A DNA stretch of 64,000 bases from Azolla caroliniana. Lineage: Eukaryota; Plantae; Polypodiophyta. Of the stretch, positions 37,841 through 51,133 are shown piece by piece (the first letter of the stretch is position 1; each line of letters begins with the position of its first letter). The stretch covers positions 14,384,001 through 14,448,000 of the forward strand of contig JBHGNT010000009.1 of NCBI GenBank assembly GCA_043228905.1, given 5' to 3'. The notes beneath the pieces are model-generated. The model did not search any database and was not told where the DNA came from. It worked only from the letters and a program-made list of their open reading frames with translations. The position numbers were made by a program, and so were the translations under genes.

Positions 37841-40800
37841 TGTAAGAGATTACGTGTGGAAGCATTAGACTAAGCACAAAATACACAGTCGGTTATCCAG
37901 AAATACAACAGTTAGGTAAAAAACACAGAGAATGGGAATTCGCTGTCATGAAGAATTCCAGCCATATGAGGAAACAAAGATGGATGCGTGTGAATGCGGT
38001 GTGCACAAGCACACGTGTTTTGTACAAACATATGTAAATAACATAGTAATAATAAGGATTTTGGTGTTTACTAGGAGGGAATGATTCGATCGATACCTTA
38101 GTAGCACACAAGGGAGAGAATCAAGGGGAAATTTGAGAGAAAACCGATGATCATAAAGATGATGTAACAACCTTCCCTTGTGCTATAAAAGGGGAGGCCT
38201 TGAACAGTTTCTGGGATCCAAGATTTGGGGAAATGAAGGGCTGCCCATTTAAAGTGCGAAAGCTCTCTCTCCTCTCAAGGTGTTGTGCTCTATATTGCGG
38301 AACAAGAAGGTGAATTCTCTGCTCGTGCTGGAGGCCCACGTGCTCCCGACCTGAGGATCATCATTCTGTGTGTGCGTGTCTGTTGAGTTTAGAGCTCCTT
38401 CCCCGACTATGCTAGGTTGTACTCACTGTGTTCTACGTCTAATCGAATCAAGACTTGTTGTTCTGACTCTGTGTTCTTACCCCCAACTTTTCCGTTCTGA
38501 TCTATTATGTGTTTGTTGTGTCCGAGCAACGTTAGGATCTTCTGAGATCGCGTGCAAGTGAAGGTAGTTGGTTGGCTCCACTTCCCTTTTTTGTCCTTTG
38601 TGTTCGACTCCTTGGTTTAAGACCCCCGTGGTCCTGCCTCGTTTCTACGCATATGCACAGAAAAGCATGACAACGCAGTGAGAGAGAGAGAGAGAGAGAT
38701 AGAGCAAACAACAAAACTTTTTAAACGAGCCCTGATGAGTGGGCTGACACAAGTACTATCAGTACTTTAATGCTCATGAATGGGCCTAGCAATAATTTTC
38801 CTATAATAGGGATTTTCATTAAAATAGGCATATAGGTTATCCAAACAATCTGTCGGATTCCATCCGACTTGATCACCGATTCGGCTTTCGGCTTATTTAG
38901 CCGAAAGCTCAACTTGAGGTCTCGATGTGTCAGCTACAACCGATTCTAGGCTCCGGCTTCTCCAAGCGTCCTCCCGTATGGCTCGCACTCCACATCCAGT
39001 CTAGTCCCGCGTTCCACAACCCCATCGGTCCGACGCTCCTCGATTCGTCTGGTTCCGCACACCTCAAACCCTAGGGTCGGCATGTTTGTTCATTAGGCCC
39101 TTCTCAACTCCCTCATTATCATGACATTGGTGCCCTTTGACCTGTCTAGTCCTTTGTTTCTGTATCGCCTTTGGTTGCCCTCTCGTCCGGTTGGCTTTCA
39201 TGCAATTCAACTCACTTGAATTGGCTATCTCTGATTTGTTTGACCAAATCGGCTATCTCCGATTTTTTCCCGCTCTTGTTTGAATCGTTTGTCTCTTATT
39301 CATCTTTTTCTAGGCCCTTAACCACATATGACCATGTCCTCGTCCTGGCCTTCTTGTTCAGCATGTCGAGATGCTGCAAGCCAAGCATGCTTGAAATATG
39401 TTGCAACTTGTCCAGGTCGAGAGGTTTGGTGAAGATATCGGCAACATGCTGATCCGTCAAAACATACACAAGTTCGACTTCATTAGAGAGAACTCGCTCG
39501 CGGATAAAATGATAGTGCACCTCAATGTGCTTGGTTCGGGCATGGAAGACAGGGTTCTTCGCAAGTTGGAGACTAATGAGGTTATCGTTGTATATCACTA
39601 TTGGTTTAGACACCTTCACATGTAGATCCTTCAAGAGCCTTTTGACCCATATGGCTTTGCACATCATAACATCCACCTCTCGGTATTTGGCCTCGGTGCT
39701 CAACAATGCAACGATCGGTTGCTTCTTACTGCTCCAAGCGATCGCAACGTTTCCCAAGGAAAATGCAAAACCCAATGTCGATCAACAATCACCAACATTT
39801 CCGGCCCAATCGCCATTTGTGTAGCCAACCAACTCCTTGGCTACACCAACCCGATATAGCAACGCCGTGTCCTTAGGGCCACTAACATATCTCAAGATCC
39901 TTTTCGCGCACTAAAGGTCTTCGGTCTTCGGTTACGACATAAATTGACTTATCAGTCCGACCAGATATCTGAGGTCCGGACGAGTGATGGTCAAGTAGAT
40001 CGGGCTTCTTACTATCTGTCAACACCGTGTCAAGTTGCACGTCGTTCCTGAATCGGGGCAAAGCTTGACGTTTTTATAAAGAAGAGTTGCGACATATTTA
40101 CAATCCATCATGCCGAACTTGAAGAGCATACTCAAAACATAGTGACGTTGACAGATGAGTATGCCTTCTGGATGTGGATCACGTCGATCCCGAGGAAGTA
40201 ATGAGGGTCCACTAGATCCTTCATGTCGAATGATGTCATTAGCTGAGACTTGACTCGGCCGATTTCCTCAAGCTTGGCACCAACGATGAATAAATCATTG
40301 ACATATAACAGTATGCTAACCGGTTCGGTCTGACTCTACCGAGTGAACAAGGAAAAGTCTGATTTTGATGGTTGAAACCCCATTCGACGCAATCTTTGAG
40401 TGATCTTTGCATTCCAAGCTCGGGGGCTTGTTTCAACCCGTAGAGGAACTTCTTCAGTCAGCAAACTGCCGATATGTTCAATTCGGATAGAAATCCGAAG
40501 GGCTGTACCATGTACACCTATTCCTCAAGCTCGCCTTGCAAGAACGAATTCCATGCATTTGATGTATATGCCACCCCTTTGCCGCTGCTACAACCAACAA
40601 CACACGGGCGATCGTCGTCTTCGCGAATGGCATGAACGTCTCATTGTAGTCGATGCCATGTGTCTACATGTAGTCCTTGGCCACCAATCAGGCCTTGTAC
40701 AAGTTGATCGAGCTGTCGGCGTTGTATTTTACCTTATACACCCACTTGCATCCAATCGGCTTTACTCCCTTTGGGGAGTCAACCAAGTCTCAAGTCTTAT

Positions 40801-40922
40801 TTTCAGCCAAAGCACACATCTCTTCCTCCATGGCGGCATGCCAATTTGCGTCCTTCGTCGCTTCTGCATAGCTCTCCAGCTCATGCACTTCCACCATCTT
40901 CACCATATACGCGTAGTGACGT
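37841..40922 (-). mobile_element. Copia fragment C4 (C2-like family): LTR remnant, RNase H, RT
   Basis: From 37841, tgtaagagattacgtgtggaagc resembles the reverse complement of the C2 LTR end. RH ORF 39296-39775 ([15 protein letters not shown]). RT remnants to ~40915. Confidence 0.75.
37944..38672 (+). mobile_element. Gypsy-type solo LTR
   Basis: TGTCATG...CATGACA termini; 3' end similar to the G1 LTR; flanks TCGC/ACGC. Confidence 0.75.
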
Positions 40923-41855
40923 TGTCGCGGTATTCCGCAGGTACGTGTGCGAAGCTAGGCATGACCACGGGGGCCTTGGACTGAAGAGCTAAGAAGGAGA
41001 AGGAGAAGGAGAGGGAGAAGAAGATAGACAGAAGGTGCATAAGGCGTCGAGTATCGAGAGGCACACGACACTACCGGCTCGGCTGGGATCAAAGCAACAT
41101 GCGAAATACACAACAAACAGATACCAACAATCAGTTAGAAGGCAAAGAAACTACACTCGGCTCTGCCGGGAACTGAGTCACGATCACAGCAAACAACACA
41201 CACTCCAGTCACCGAAATACAACGTGGAGCCTCTATCGGGAGCACACGAGCTTGCTACGCGAGCAGAGGCATCCGGCCTCAAAGAGCAAAACAGAGAATG
41301 GGTGCTTGGTTCCCAGTCCGACAACACTTCGTCCTCCCTAAACGCCCCCCCCATCCCTAACTCAATTCTCTCTCCCTCCTTTTATTACCGCCCCCCCCCC
41401 CCCACAGGGGGAAGGGGTTGTTACATCATGCTTTTATTCTCTACTGCTTCGGATAGAGATTCCTTTGATTTAATCCTATAATAAGCATGTCCTATCATTA
41501 CCTTATTCATTACGCCCGCCTAGCGTAGTCCTAGATTATTTACAATTTGTGTGCATCCGTGCACGCGACGGTTCACGTGGCTTTGGTCTCCATTTCTTCT
41601 TGTAGCCGGTTTTCCCCACGACATCGACCCCCACCAAACCGCACGTCCACCGACACATGCCGAGAAAAAGGGAGAGATATGGGGAGAACTGGCCATTTGT
41701 CACTCGCCGTCCTCCGATCCGTGGACTCCCCCCCCATCTTCATCCGTTCTTTCCGGGTTGTCATTCTCGTCCACGCACTCCAGGTTTGGCTTGTCCTCGT
41801 ACTGCTTCTTGAATGCCTTGATCCGCTTTCCCGCAACTGGTACCACCATCCGCGT
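40923..41855 (-). mobile_element. Gypsy 3' LTR (40923-41623) plus PPT and integrase tail
   Basis: TGTCG...CGACA termini; adjacent PPT complement; VAGKRIKAFKK fragment. Confidence 0.8.
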
Positions 41856-43691
41856 TGTCGTGATATTCCGCGAGCGCGTGTAGGATCCAAGGCGGGACCA
41901 CGGGGGTCTTCGACTAGGGAGTAGAGGAGAAGGAATAAGACACAAAATGGAAGCTTAGCTCAAGAGGAGAAGGAATAAAACATTAACATTGAACGAGAAA
42001 ATGATCGAGGCAAGATACACAAATGGTTTGTATTAAGAAGAACCCCACACACATTACAACCATGGCCGCATAGGCCGCACCCAATGACTACAAGAAAACC
42101 CTAATCGGGTAAGCAAGTAGAGAAGTATAGTAAAACCCTAAAGGAAACCCAAGAAGAAACCCTAACCGAAACCCTAAAACCGAATAGGAAACCCTCGACC
42201 TAAGTGGTATGCCTCTCTCCCTCAAAATAGGCAACCCCTTCATAAGTGAACCCTCCCTTCCTTTTATAGCCCAAGGAGGGAGGGACCTTGATGTTTCGGG
42301 CCATCGTGTCCCGAATCCTCCGCCCACTCTCAAAGTGGCGCTCCCCGCTCCATAGTCACCAGCCTCATCCATGGCCGTCCATTCACTGCCAGACGAGAGG
42401 GTCGCTTGCTCCGCACCCTCTCGCACGTCACTGTCGTACACTCTTCCGGCCTCCACATAGGCCCCGTCGTCCACGCATAAGGAGGCTTCTTCCTCGGCAT
42501 CCTCTGATTGTCTCCGGCCCAAATCCATAATAAGCCCTTCTTCGGGTTCGAACTTCGCCTTCATGCTCTCGCACACTTCCCATACCAACGCCTATAGGTC
42601 ATACTCCTCCGGATGATCGCGCGTCGAGCTCTCTTCCGACAGTAGTGCGTAGCCGCTCACCGCCCTCTCTTCTCCGTCGCTTGCGGGCCACGTTATTGCT
42701 GACCTCTCCCCATCGGGTTGCCGGCATACCCACTCCGGTTTCGTGTATCCGTATGCCTCCAATACAACTCCCTCAAAGGACTCCCACGACTCGTGAGCTT
42801 CTTGAAGCTCCTTGACCTCTTTGTGCACCGATACGACCGCCACTCGACGAAAATATTCTAACCGCATCGCTTCGTCCACGCCCCTCTTCATCATCTCGAC
42901 ATTCTACATTTCCAAGAACCTCAGGACATCATCCCCGTTGAATCGGCCGACTCGATTGACCACCCTCTCGACGGCTTGTTGAGCCGCATCTTGCCTCGCC
43001 TTCTTCCGTCGGGCATCCATAAGAATCTTCTTCATCATCTCCGCAAAGTCGAAGTCTTTGTCTTCCATCTCCGTCCTCCCTTGCCGCCTCTTCATGTCGG
43101 CTTCACCAAAGATGTCGCGATATTCCGCGAGCGCGTGTAGGATCTGAGGCGGGACCACGGGGGCTTGGACTAGGGAGTAGAGGAGAAGGAATAAGACACA
43201 AAATGGAAGCTTAGCTCAAGACGAGAAGGAATAAAACATTAACATTGAATGAGAAAATGATGGAGGCAAGATACACAAATGGTTAGTATTAAGAAGAACA
43301 CCACACGCATTACAACCATGGCCGGCCGCATAGGCCGCGCCCAATGACTACAAGAAAACCCTAATCAGGTAAGCAAGTAGAGAAGTATAGTAAAACCCTA
43401 AAGGAAACCCAAGAAGAAAACCCTAGAAGAAACCCTAACTGAAACCCTAAAACTGAATAGGAAACCATCGACCTAAGTGGTATGCCTCTCTCGCTCAAAA
43501 TAGGCAACCCATTCATGAGTGAACTCTCCCTTCCTTTTATAGCCCAAGGAGGGAGGGACCTTACAATTTGGGATAAAATTTCCCCTCTTATTTCTATACA
43601 CCATTTCCTAGTATACATGTGCACATGTTGCACACCACCGGCTTTCCCATTCCACCCCGGTTTCACACCCTAGCTGGAAATCTTCACGACA
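41856..43691 (-). mobile_element. Internally deleted Gypsy: partial LTR 41856-~42289, gag remnant, LTR 43113-43691
   Basis: The two LTR copies match each other over ~430 bp. PBS complement catgtcggcttcacca at 43093-43108. gag fragment VNRVGRFNG is similar to G1 gag. Confidence 0.8.
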
Positions 43692-43726
43692 TCCAGCCCC
43701 ACCAAACCTCACGTCCACCGGTATGT

Positions 43727-45657
43727 TGTCGAGTTGTTACGCTCTACGCGTGCGGAAAGAGGCGGGACCGCGGAGGCCTTGAACCAAGGAGCATGAGAAA
43801 GAAGGGAGGGACAGAGAGCACAACTTGCAGAAACACATAGGGCGAAAGAGAGAGAGAGCAAAGTCTTAATTACAAAGTTAATAACCATTACAACCAGCAA
43901 GCCGGCAACGGATCCAACTCAAGCGAACACACAGGGTTTAGGGTTCTCACGCACGCACACAGCCCACAACACTGTGGAGCCTCCGCTAGAAGCACACGGG
44001 CTGTCCACAAAGCAACGGAAACTAAGACCGAAATCCTTAAGAGAATGACAAACGATGGAGGAGAGAGCTCGTTCCCAGTTCGGCAGCACCTCGTCCTCGC
44101 TCTCCAAAACGCGATATATATCCCTAACTTCTCCCTCTCTTTTATAACCCAAGGAGGGAGGCCGTTACCACTCGTTACATCATGTTTATTCCCTGTCCTT
44201 TCGGACAGGGATACGCCTTCATTTCCTCCCTACCGAATGCGTACTACCTAGGATTTCGCCTCATGCGTCTTGTCCCTACCTACATACTATACCACAAAAG
44301 TTGTGCCCACGTGTAAGGGCCAGTTTAGGCATGTTATACCCGGTTTCCGCCTAGGGACAGTTTTCTCCATGACATCCGCCCCCACCTAACCGCGCATCCA
44401 CCGGTATGCGCCAAAATTAGACTCCTGCCGGAGAAGACCGACCCTAGTTTATCTTTCGTCTTCCGGATCGGCATCCGTTCCGAGCCGGTCGTTGTCACTA
44501 TCTAGGTCGTCCAGGTCCGTATCAGCCTCGTGCCGCTTTTTGAAGGTTTTGATCCTTTTTCCCGCCACCAGTACCGCCATCCTTGTCTCGTCAAGCTCTG
44601 CGAGATGGTAGGTCCCATTGTTGTTGGCGCTCGTCACCGCATAAGGCCCGAACCACTTTCTTGCAAACTTCCACGTTACCCGGTGTTGGTTATCAAGGCT
44701 GTTGTCATACACTAGGACCCAGTCGCCTTCCTCGACCTTCTTCGGCCTCAGTCGGTGAGTCCGGTCGAACCGTCCTTTGTTCTTTACCCTCGCCACCCGT
44801 AGCTTCTCCACGGCTCGGTCCACATCCTCAGGTCTTCGTTCAAGCTGCCGAATCCGTGCTGCTAACAGCTCCTCCCGGCTCATCTCGTTGTTCCAGTCCA
44901 CCGTGGCCCATGAGGAGATTGTCTGCTCCGTTGGCATGATCGGCTTCTGCCCGTACATTAGCTCTGTCGGCATGAACCCGGTTACCGAACTATGCGTAGT
45001 TCAGTCCGCCCACAACGCATAGGGTAAGAGCTGCGACCAATTCCCGACATGGCCTCCACACGCCCGTACCAACGCTTTGACGATCAGCCGGTGTCCACGC
45101 TCCACCTTCCCGTTAGCCTCCGGATTGTACGCCGGTCAAACAGCTCATCCGCCTCTTGCGCATCCAATTCCCCGCGGTCGGCCACGATCTTACCTACGTA
45201 CCCATACCGGCATACCACTTCTTCGATCAGAAATCGGCACACGGCCGCAGTCGTTTTGCTCTGCAACGCTCGGCCTTCCACCTAGTTCGTTAGGTCCTCC
45301 TGAGCCAGCACCAGATACCACAGCTGCTCTACCCCCATCGGCATCATCACCAAATCCACCATCCACTTGAAGTGGACGGTCGAAGGGTAGGTCGGGTGGA
45401 GCTCGTCCCTATGTCGGACTATGGACTGCACCTGACAGCTTTCGCAAGTTGGCACAAACCGATGCACATCCCGATATAGTCCCGGCCACGAGTACTTCCC
45501 CTTTAGCTTCTCGAATGTGGCCCACGTCCCGCAGTGTCCGGCCCAAGGACTCTCGTGATACACCGTCAACAATTCTTCTTGTTCCTCTTTCTTCACCACC
45601 ACTCGGAGCGGGATGCCGTCTCTCTTCTTCGGGTGCTTCCATATGCTCCCATCCCGT
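43727..45657 (-). mobile_element. Gypsy 3' part (LTR 43727-44374, integrase)
   Basis: TGTCG..TGACA LTR, PPT, and integrase ORFs 44449-44973 and 45282-45650 homologous to G1. Confidence 0.85.
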
Positions 45658-45772
45658 TGTCGCGTTACTACGCACGTGCGTGGAGAAACGAGCCGGGACC
45701 ACCGGGGTCTTGAACCGAAAAGCAAGTGATAGGAGGGGAAAGAGAAAGAGAGAGACGACCGGTTACGTATGA

Positions 45773-45808
45773 AACACGTTCGCGTTCACAAGTGGAAGGA
45801 TTGCGCAT
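45773..45808 (+). repeat. Left terminal inverted repeat
   Basis: AACACGTTCGCGTTCACAAGTGGAAGGATTGCGCAT, the reverse complement of 55792-55827 with two C/T differences. Confidence 0.92.
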
Positions 45809-47126
45809 TCCACTTGTAGAATCTTCTTAAAACGAAGCAAATACACCCTCTCTACAAAAATTGGATGCACTAGTATCACATGTTCCTCAACTTGATGAGA
45901 ATTTGCAAATATAAAAATACATGATAGATCTATGAGTGGAGATCATTAGAAATCATGCAAGTTTAGACATGTTGATAAGTTAATGTAGGCATAATAAAGT
46001 TCAACTATGGCTCAATATGGCACTACTGTGCAACAAGGGAAACACTAACTTAAAGACTTATATTAATTAGGTAAGTTTTACAAAAATATGAGGTGTACTT
46101 GTATCCATACTAATAAAATGAGATATAATTTATACTTTGACCCATACGTGCATGTATGTAATTGTGGAAAATGTAGGATAGTGCACATTAGGATAAGTGA
46201 TTGGAATAACTAACTTATTAAAGTATTCAATACTTGTATTTAAAGTTGATCTAATCTATTCCTCAGTTTGTTCATATGGGATCAAACCATATGTGTATAT
46301 AATTGTGCACAATGTAAGGCAGTGAACTTTAGGATAATGTCGTGGAAATAACAAACCTATTAGGCTTTCATACCTGTATTTAAAATTGGTCTAGTACTCT
46401 ATTGCTTAGGTGATTCACACAAGATCAAACTCCGAACGATAACGCAACTGGAACCATTATCAACACACTACACAATCTAAGCAGCAATGGAATAGAAACA
46501 TAATAGTTTTAACAATAGAAGACAAAGATCCATAATAACAACATGGACAGTCATGGCAACAATTATAGGGCCATGTTCTGTTAAGGTTAGCTTGGACCAA
46601 AATCAGCCTCCATTTAAACTAGTTCATGTTTCTCCATAAGTTTGGTAGTCAGTTATGCACGCGGTGAAACCAATGTCATAAATCTACTAATCAAGTATAT
46701 AAAAATAAAATTGAAACATATAGAAGATTATAAAGAATAGAATCCACTAGGTAAAACCCAAAATTTGTATTAATAATGTGAAATCTTAACAAATCGTCAG
46801 TGTCATATTCTTCATAGAGTCTATTACATAGCAATCAATTCATCAACGTCATTTTCTTCATCATCTTGTGTAGAACTGTCTTCGGCTATACGTGCATTGG
46901 TTTCCCCTGTTAGCCGAGCCAACGAAATATCTTCTATAAGCTCATCATCAAGCTCTATTAGCTCCCTCGGTTCGCCGGCTAACGGAGGAATAGGCTCTCG
47001 CGAAGCAGGTTGAAACCTTTCTGTATTGGCGAGGTTCTTTGCACCGACCTCCTCATCCTAGTCTGGGCACTCCCACAAAGCCTTAATCCGCATATTAATA
47101 AATATAACTTGGTCCTCGTCCTTCTC

Positions 47127-47764
47127 TGTTGGTAGACAGGTTCCTCCGGATGGGAAGGGAGAAGAACAGTGCCGGATGGGAAGGGAGAAGAAACGGTATG
47201 AAGCCGGAGGAGGAGTACCCGACTGCGGAGAGTCGGATGGTGTAGGCCCGACTGCGGAGAGCCGGATGAGGAGTACCCGACTGCGGAGAGCCGGATGGAG
47301 CCCATCAAGGCTACATTTGTAAATAGCCGAAAAGTCATATTAGTAAAATATGACTTAGGGCAAACTTTTAGTTATACGTGTGTGTTGTTTTGTACAGTCA
47401 TTCTAGTTGTTATTCTTCTTCCTTGTTGGTGCAAGTAGAAATCAGAGCGCGTAACTGTACAGAGATAGAGAGAGAGAGAGAGAGAGACGAGGTCGTAGCC
47501 TCTGTTGTAACCGCCGCCTGTGGCGAAGATCTGAGAGCACGAGGTCGTCGCCTCAGTGATCTCACTGTTGTATATTTCTGCATAGTGACAGTTTGCAGCT
47601 TGTGGGTTGCCGTGGTTTTTCCCCTACTTTGGGGTTTTCCACGTATACCTCCTGTGCACCATTTCTCCTCTTTTGTGTCGCGTTTTATTACCTGTTTTTC
47701 TGTGTATGAAAAGAAGCTCGGTTGTGGCCGAGCGTCGGACATAAGGAACGTCAAGTTCCCAACA
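47127..47764 (+). mobile_element. Copia-type solo LTR inserted in the last MTase exon
   Basis: TGTTGG...CCAACA termini; 5-bp TSD TTCTC (47122-47126, 47765-47769); start similar to the C1 LTR. Confidence 0.9.
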
Positions 47765-50700
47765 TTCTCCAATGCAACGTATTTCTAAACAGCTTCAATG
47801 CAGATGCTTACGTAGTTCCTGTGATGTGAGTAACAAGAAGATTTAGTTGTCAAACGAAAAAAAAGTGATTGGTTATCTCAAGATCGTTACCCTAGTTCGA
47901 GGAATACCTGTGCCAGAAAAGAGATCTAATATCCAGTCTCCTTCGACGGAAAACATCTCGATCAAGCGCATCATAAGTCGTTGAGGTTTTTGGTATGGGT
48001 TGACAAGTCCCCGTTCTGTAGTGGTGACATGTCGCAATTTCCGAGTCACTGCTGGATATACCAACAGATTTGAACCTCCCACTTCATTAGAATGCTCTTT
48101 GATTCTCTGTTTCTTAATTTCATCGAAGTAGCCAACCGTTATGTATTCAATGGCATTAACGAACCGAAAAGTTGGCCCTCTATTTACATTGGTCTTGATC
48201 CTATAAAAATTAATTCATCGAGTTAAGAATAGATTCAACAACCTTAAGAAATGCAATATAGTGAAAGACACCTATAAATAATCCTTACCATGCAAGGTTC
48301 TCGATGCCATGGCAACGAGATCTCAAAGCTTGAGCTACTGAGTACCCTTGGTCCATACTATGAAAGACAACTATTCGCCACAAGGATGCGGTCGTTAGCT
48401 CAGCAAAATCCTTGACCATCTTCTCCAATTGTTTAAACCTAAACGGTTCATCGTCGTATGATGACCCAGCCATTCGAAATCCGTAAGGAATATCCGCAAT
48501 CATTAGCGTATATTCCTTCTTTGGCACCTTCTGGATCAAGTCGATGACATCACCGCAAACCACATTGTAGTAAAGATCTCTTGTAATATCTTTTTTGTGG
48601 CTAAATTTTTTAAAGGAGCCATCTTCCTCCATTTCGTACGCCTTGACTAAGCGACGATCCTTTTCTTTTCTGGCTCGTTTGAGATGTGCAAGGAAGGATG
48701 TAGGGAAATCGTGTATATCCTTAACTTCTCCTTGTTTCTTGCCTCGACACGGTTTCTAATAGAAGCAATAGGACATCAGGTATTATTATACAAGCTCTAC
48801 ATATGATGAAAGGGTAATGAAAAAACATGAATACTAACCCAATCCTTGAATGCAATAAAATACTTTGATAACGCCTTATACGAAGACGTTAGAGGATAAT
48901 CCTCGGTCACTTGTTCCCAAGTTATACATCCAAGTTGTTTCATCATAACTTCTTGGATCTTCATGTACACCTTATGACTGTAAAATTAGAAATCAAGATT
49001 AGAACTTCGAATTACACCAGATAGACTACAATTTCAGTATTTGAGGGACTTACTTATTGAACTCAGTGACCATTTCTTCAAGGCTTAAATCTTTCGCCAC
49101 AACCCTTGACAAAACCGACACAAGAAGTTGCTCGTCCTTAATACCTTGCATCGCTCTCCATAGAGATAGCTTCATGTCATCTGCCGCTTCTTCAATTGTC
49201 AAGTCAATTTTCTTGGCGGCTTGTGACTTTAACTCTAGTTGAAGGTCAAACCTACATTTCTTTTGTCGTTGACCCTTTACCTCCTTATTCTCCCACATTG
49301 AGAAAATTTGATCTTGTAGGTCCCATACTTCTCCATCTCTAAACGCCAATTGAAACCAAGACTCATACTTTCGAAGACCATCGGACCTAACATTATCATC
49401 TACCACAATGCCGACTTCATGCAGACATTGACGTCGAAGGCCTGGATGTAACTTCACACCAAACTTTTGTTTCACATCTAAATACTCGTGCTGGAAGAAC
49501 CGTATACGCTCAATGGACGACATTTTCTGCCTATAGTCATTATCATTATTATGGTCCCATGCCAACAGCTTAGCCTCTTCGGTTGTGAGCCCAACATAAA
49601 TTTTGCACTCGGCATACTTGAAGAAGAAAGTGGTTGGATGTTCTCTCACAAGTTGCCGACGTGCCTCTGTTGAATGCGATCCACCAATGACAAAATAATT
49701 ATATTGATCATGTTTTCTAATATCAAAATCTTCAATGGTTTCACATTCTTCAGGATCTACCATAACAATAAAAGGCACCACAGTGGCATGAGGATTAATT
49801 TTCATTTTTTTCTTGAGATTTTGAACATGCATGCGGTGAGGCTCTCTAATCTCAAGTGGTCTTCGACCTGTTTTTTCATCAATAGGGGGCCGATGGATGT
49901 GTGTTATAGGCAAATTAAATACTTGCCCTTTCCTGACCAGCTTCCGTTGCATTAACTCTCTCCTTATTTTATTCTGCTTGGATGACAAAACACCCGAGGC
50001 CAGCTCAGCTCCTGGCGTCCCCTTATTATCCTCCTCTTCTTTTTCACTTGTTGAATCCGTATCCGACATTTTCGTTGTCTTCTTCTTTGCTGGTCTTGAC
50101 TGGACTTTGGAAACCTTTTTTGTTGGCTTCAATGGGGAGGGCACTTCATCTCTTAGAGTTACATGGCCTTGTATATAAGGCCTCAAGGTAACAATAAGGT
50201 TTTGTGAGCTATCAAGTGCTTTTTTCAACACTTCTGGCCCACAAGATTCCTTTACTAAAAGGTCTTCTGAAAGGAACACTTTACGTACCCCCTTGGAGCA
50301 CTCTATCATTACCAGTATGTTGGCCGAATCTGCATCTTCGTAGTCAAATCGTAGAATACGGCCATACATAAATGGGGTTTCCTTTCCAAGCTGCCCCTCA
50401 CCCTTCTTCTTTGTTGTATACAATACGACTTTTTTCTTTGAGTCGACATATTGCATACACCATTCCTTGTCCGTTAGATCTCGGTCAGGAAGGTCTTCAC
50501 CTCCAGTAGCGGCGACAAGTTTCTTTTGGCTAACATCACTATGTGGCTGAGATTTTGTCTCTTCGTTAAAGAGAAGCTTTTTTCCTCTCTTCATGGTCTC
50601 AGGAGCTACCTTGGTCTGGGCTTCGATTGGAGAACCTTGTATGCGAAGCTTTATTTTCTTCACCGGTCGGTCCGACAGGTTTTCAAACGACCTATTTAAG

Positions 50701-51133
50701 AAAGTATATGCAAAAACATAAGTTAGGTAGTCACGTAGATTAAGGTTGTATATTAACATGAAGAACAGTTCCCAGGAGCAGTCCTATATTCAAAAATCTA
50801 TTCTAGGCAGGGCTATTCAACCTAGAAAATATATATCGTAATAAGTAAAAAGGGTTATATATTCTTTTAAATAGTAGGTATGACTTATATAGATTCCAAA
50901 CCTATATTGACGAGAATTTGCTATCGTAAAGGCAATTTGTGGATCATTTTCTACTATTTTAAGCTAAAGTAGGTCATAAAACACCTATAATTAGAGCATG
51001 TTTTTTTTTAAAAGTAAGGAAAGCCAACATAAAAAGACTGATTTTGCCAGACAATTTGATATCTTTTCCATCCCAAAATTATTTGTTACCCCAAAAATAC
51101 AATTTTTCTCTCTCAAAGCCTTCTTATATACAA

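Noticed and set aside
46140-46430. Degenerate ~145-bp duplication downstream of the cargo gene
   Set aside because: Two diverged AT-rich copies only, with no evidence of function.
49050-50759. 569-aa ORF as a complete standalone gene
   Set aside because: Its first ~22 codons are intronic and it ends at a GT donor; it is exon 2 of the larger spliced gene.
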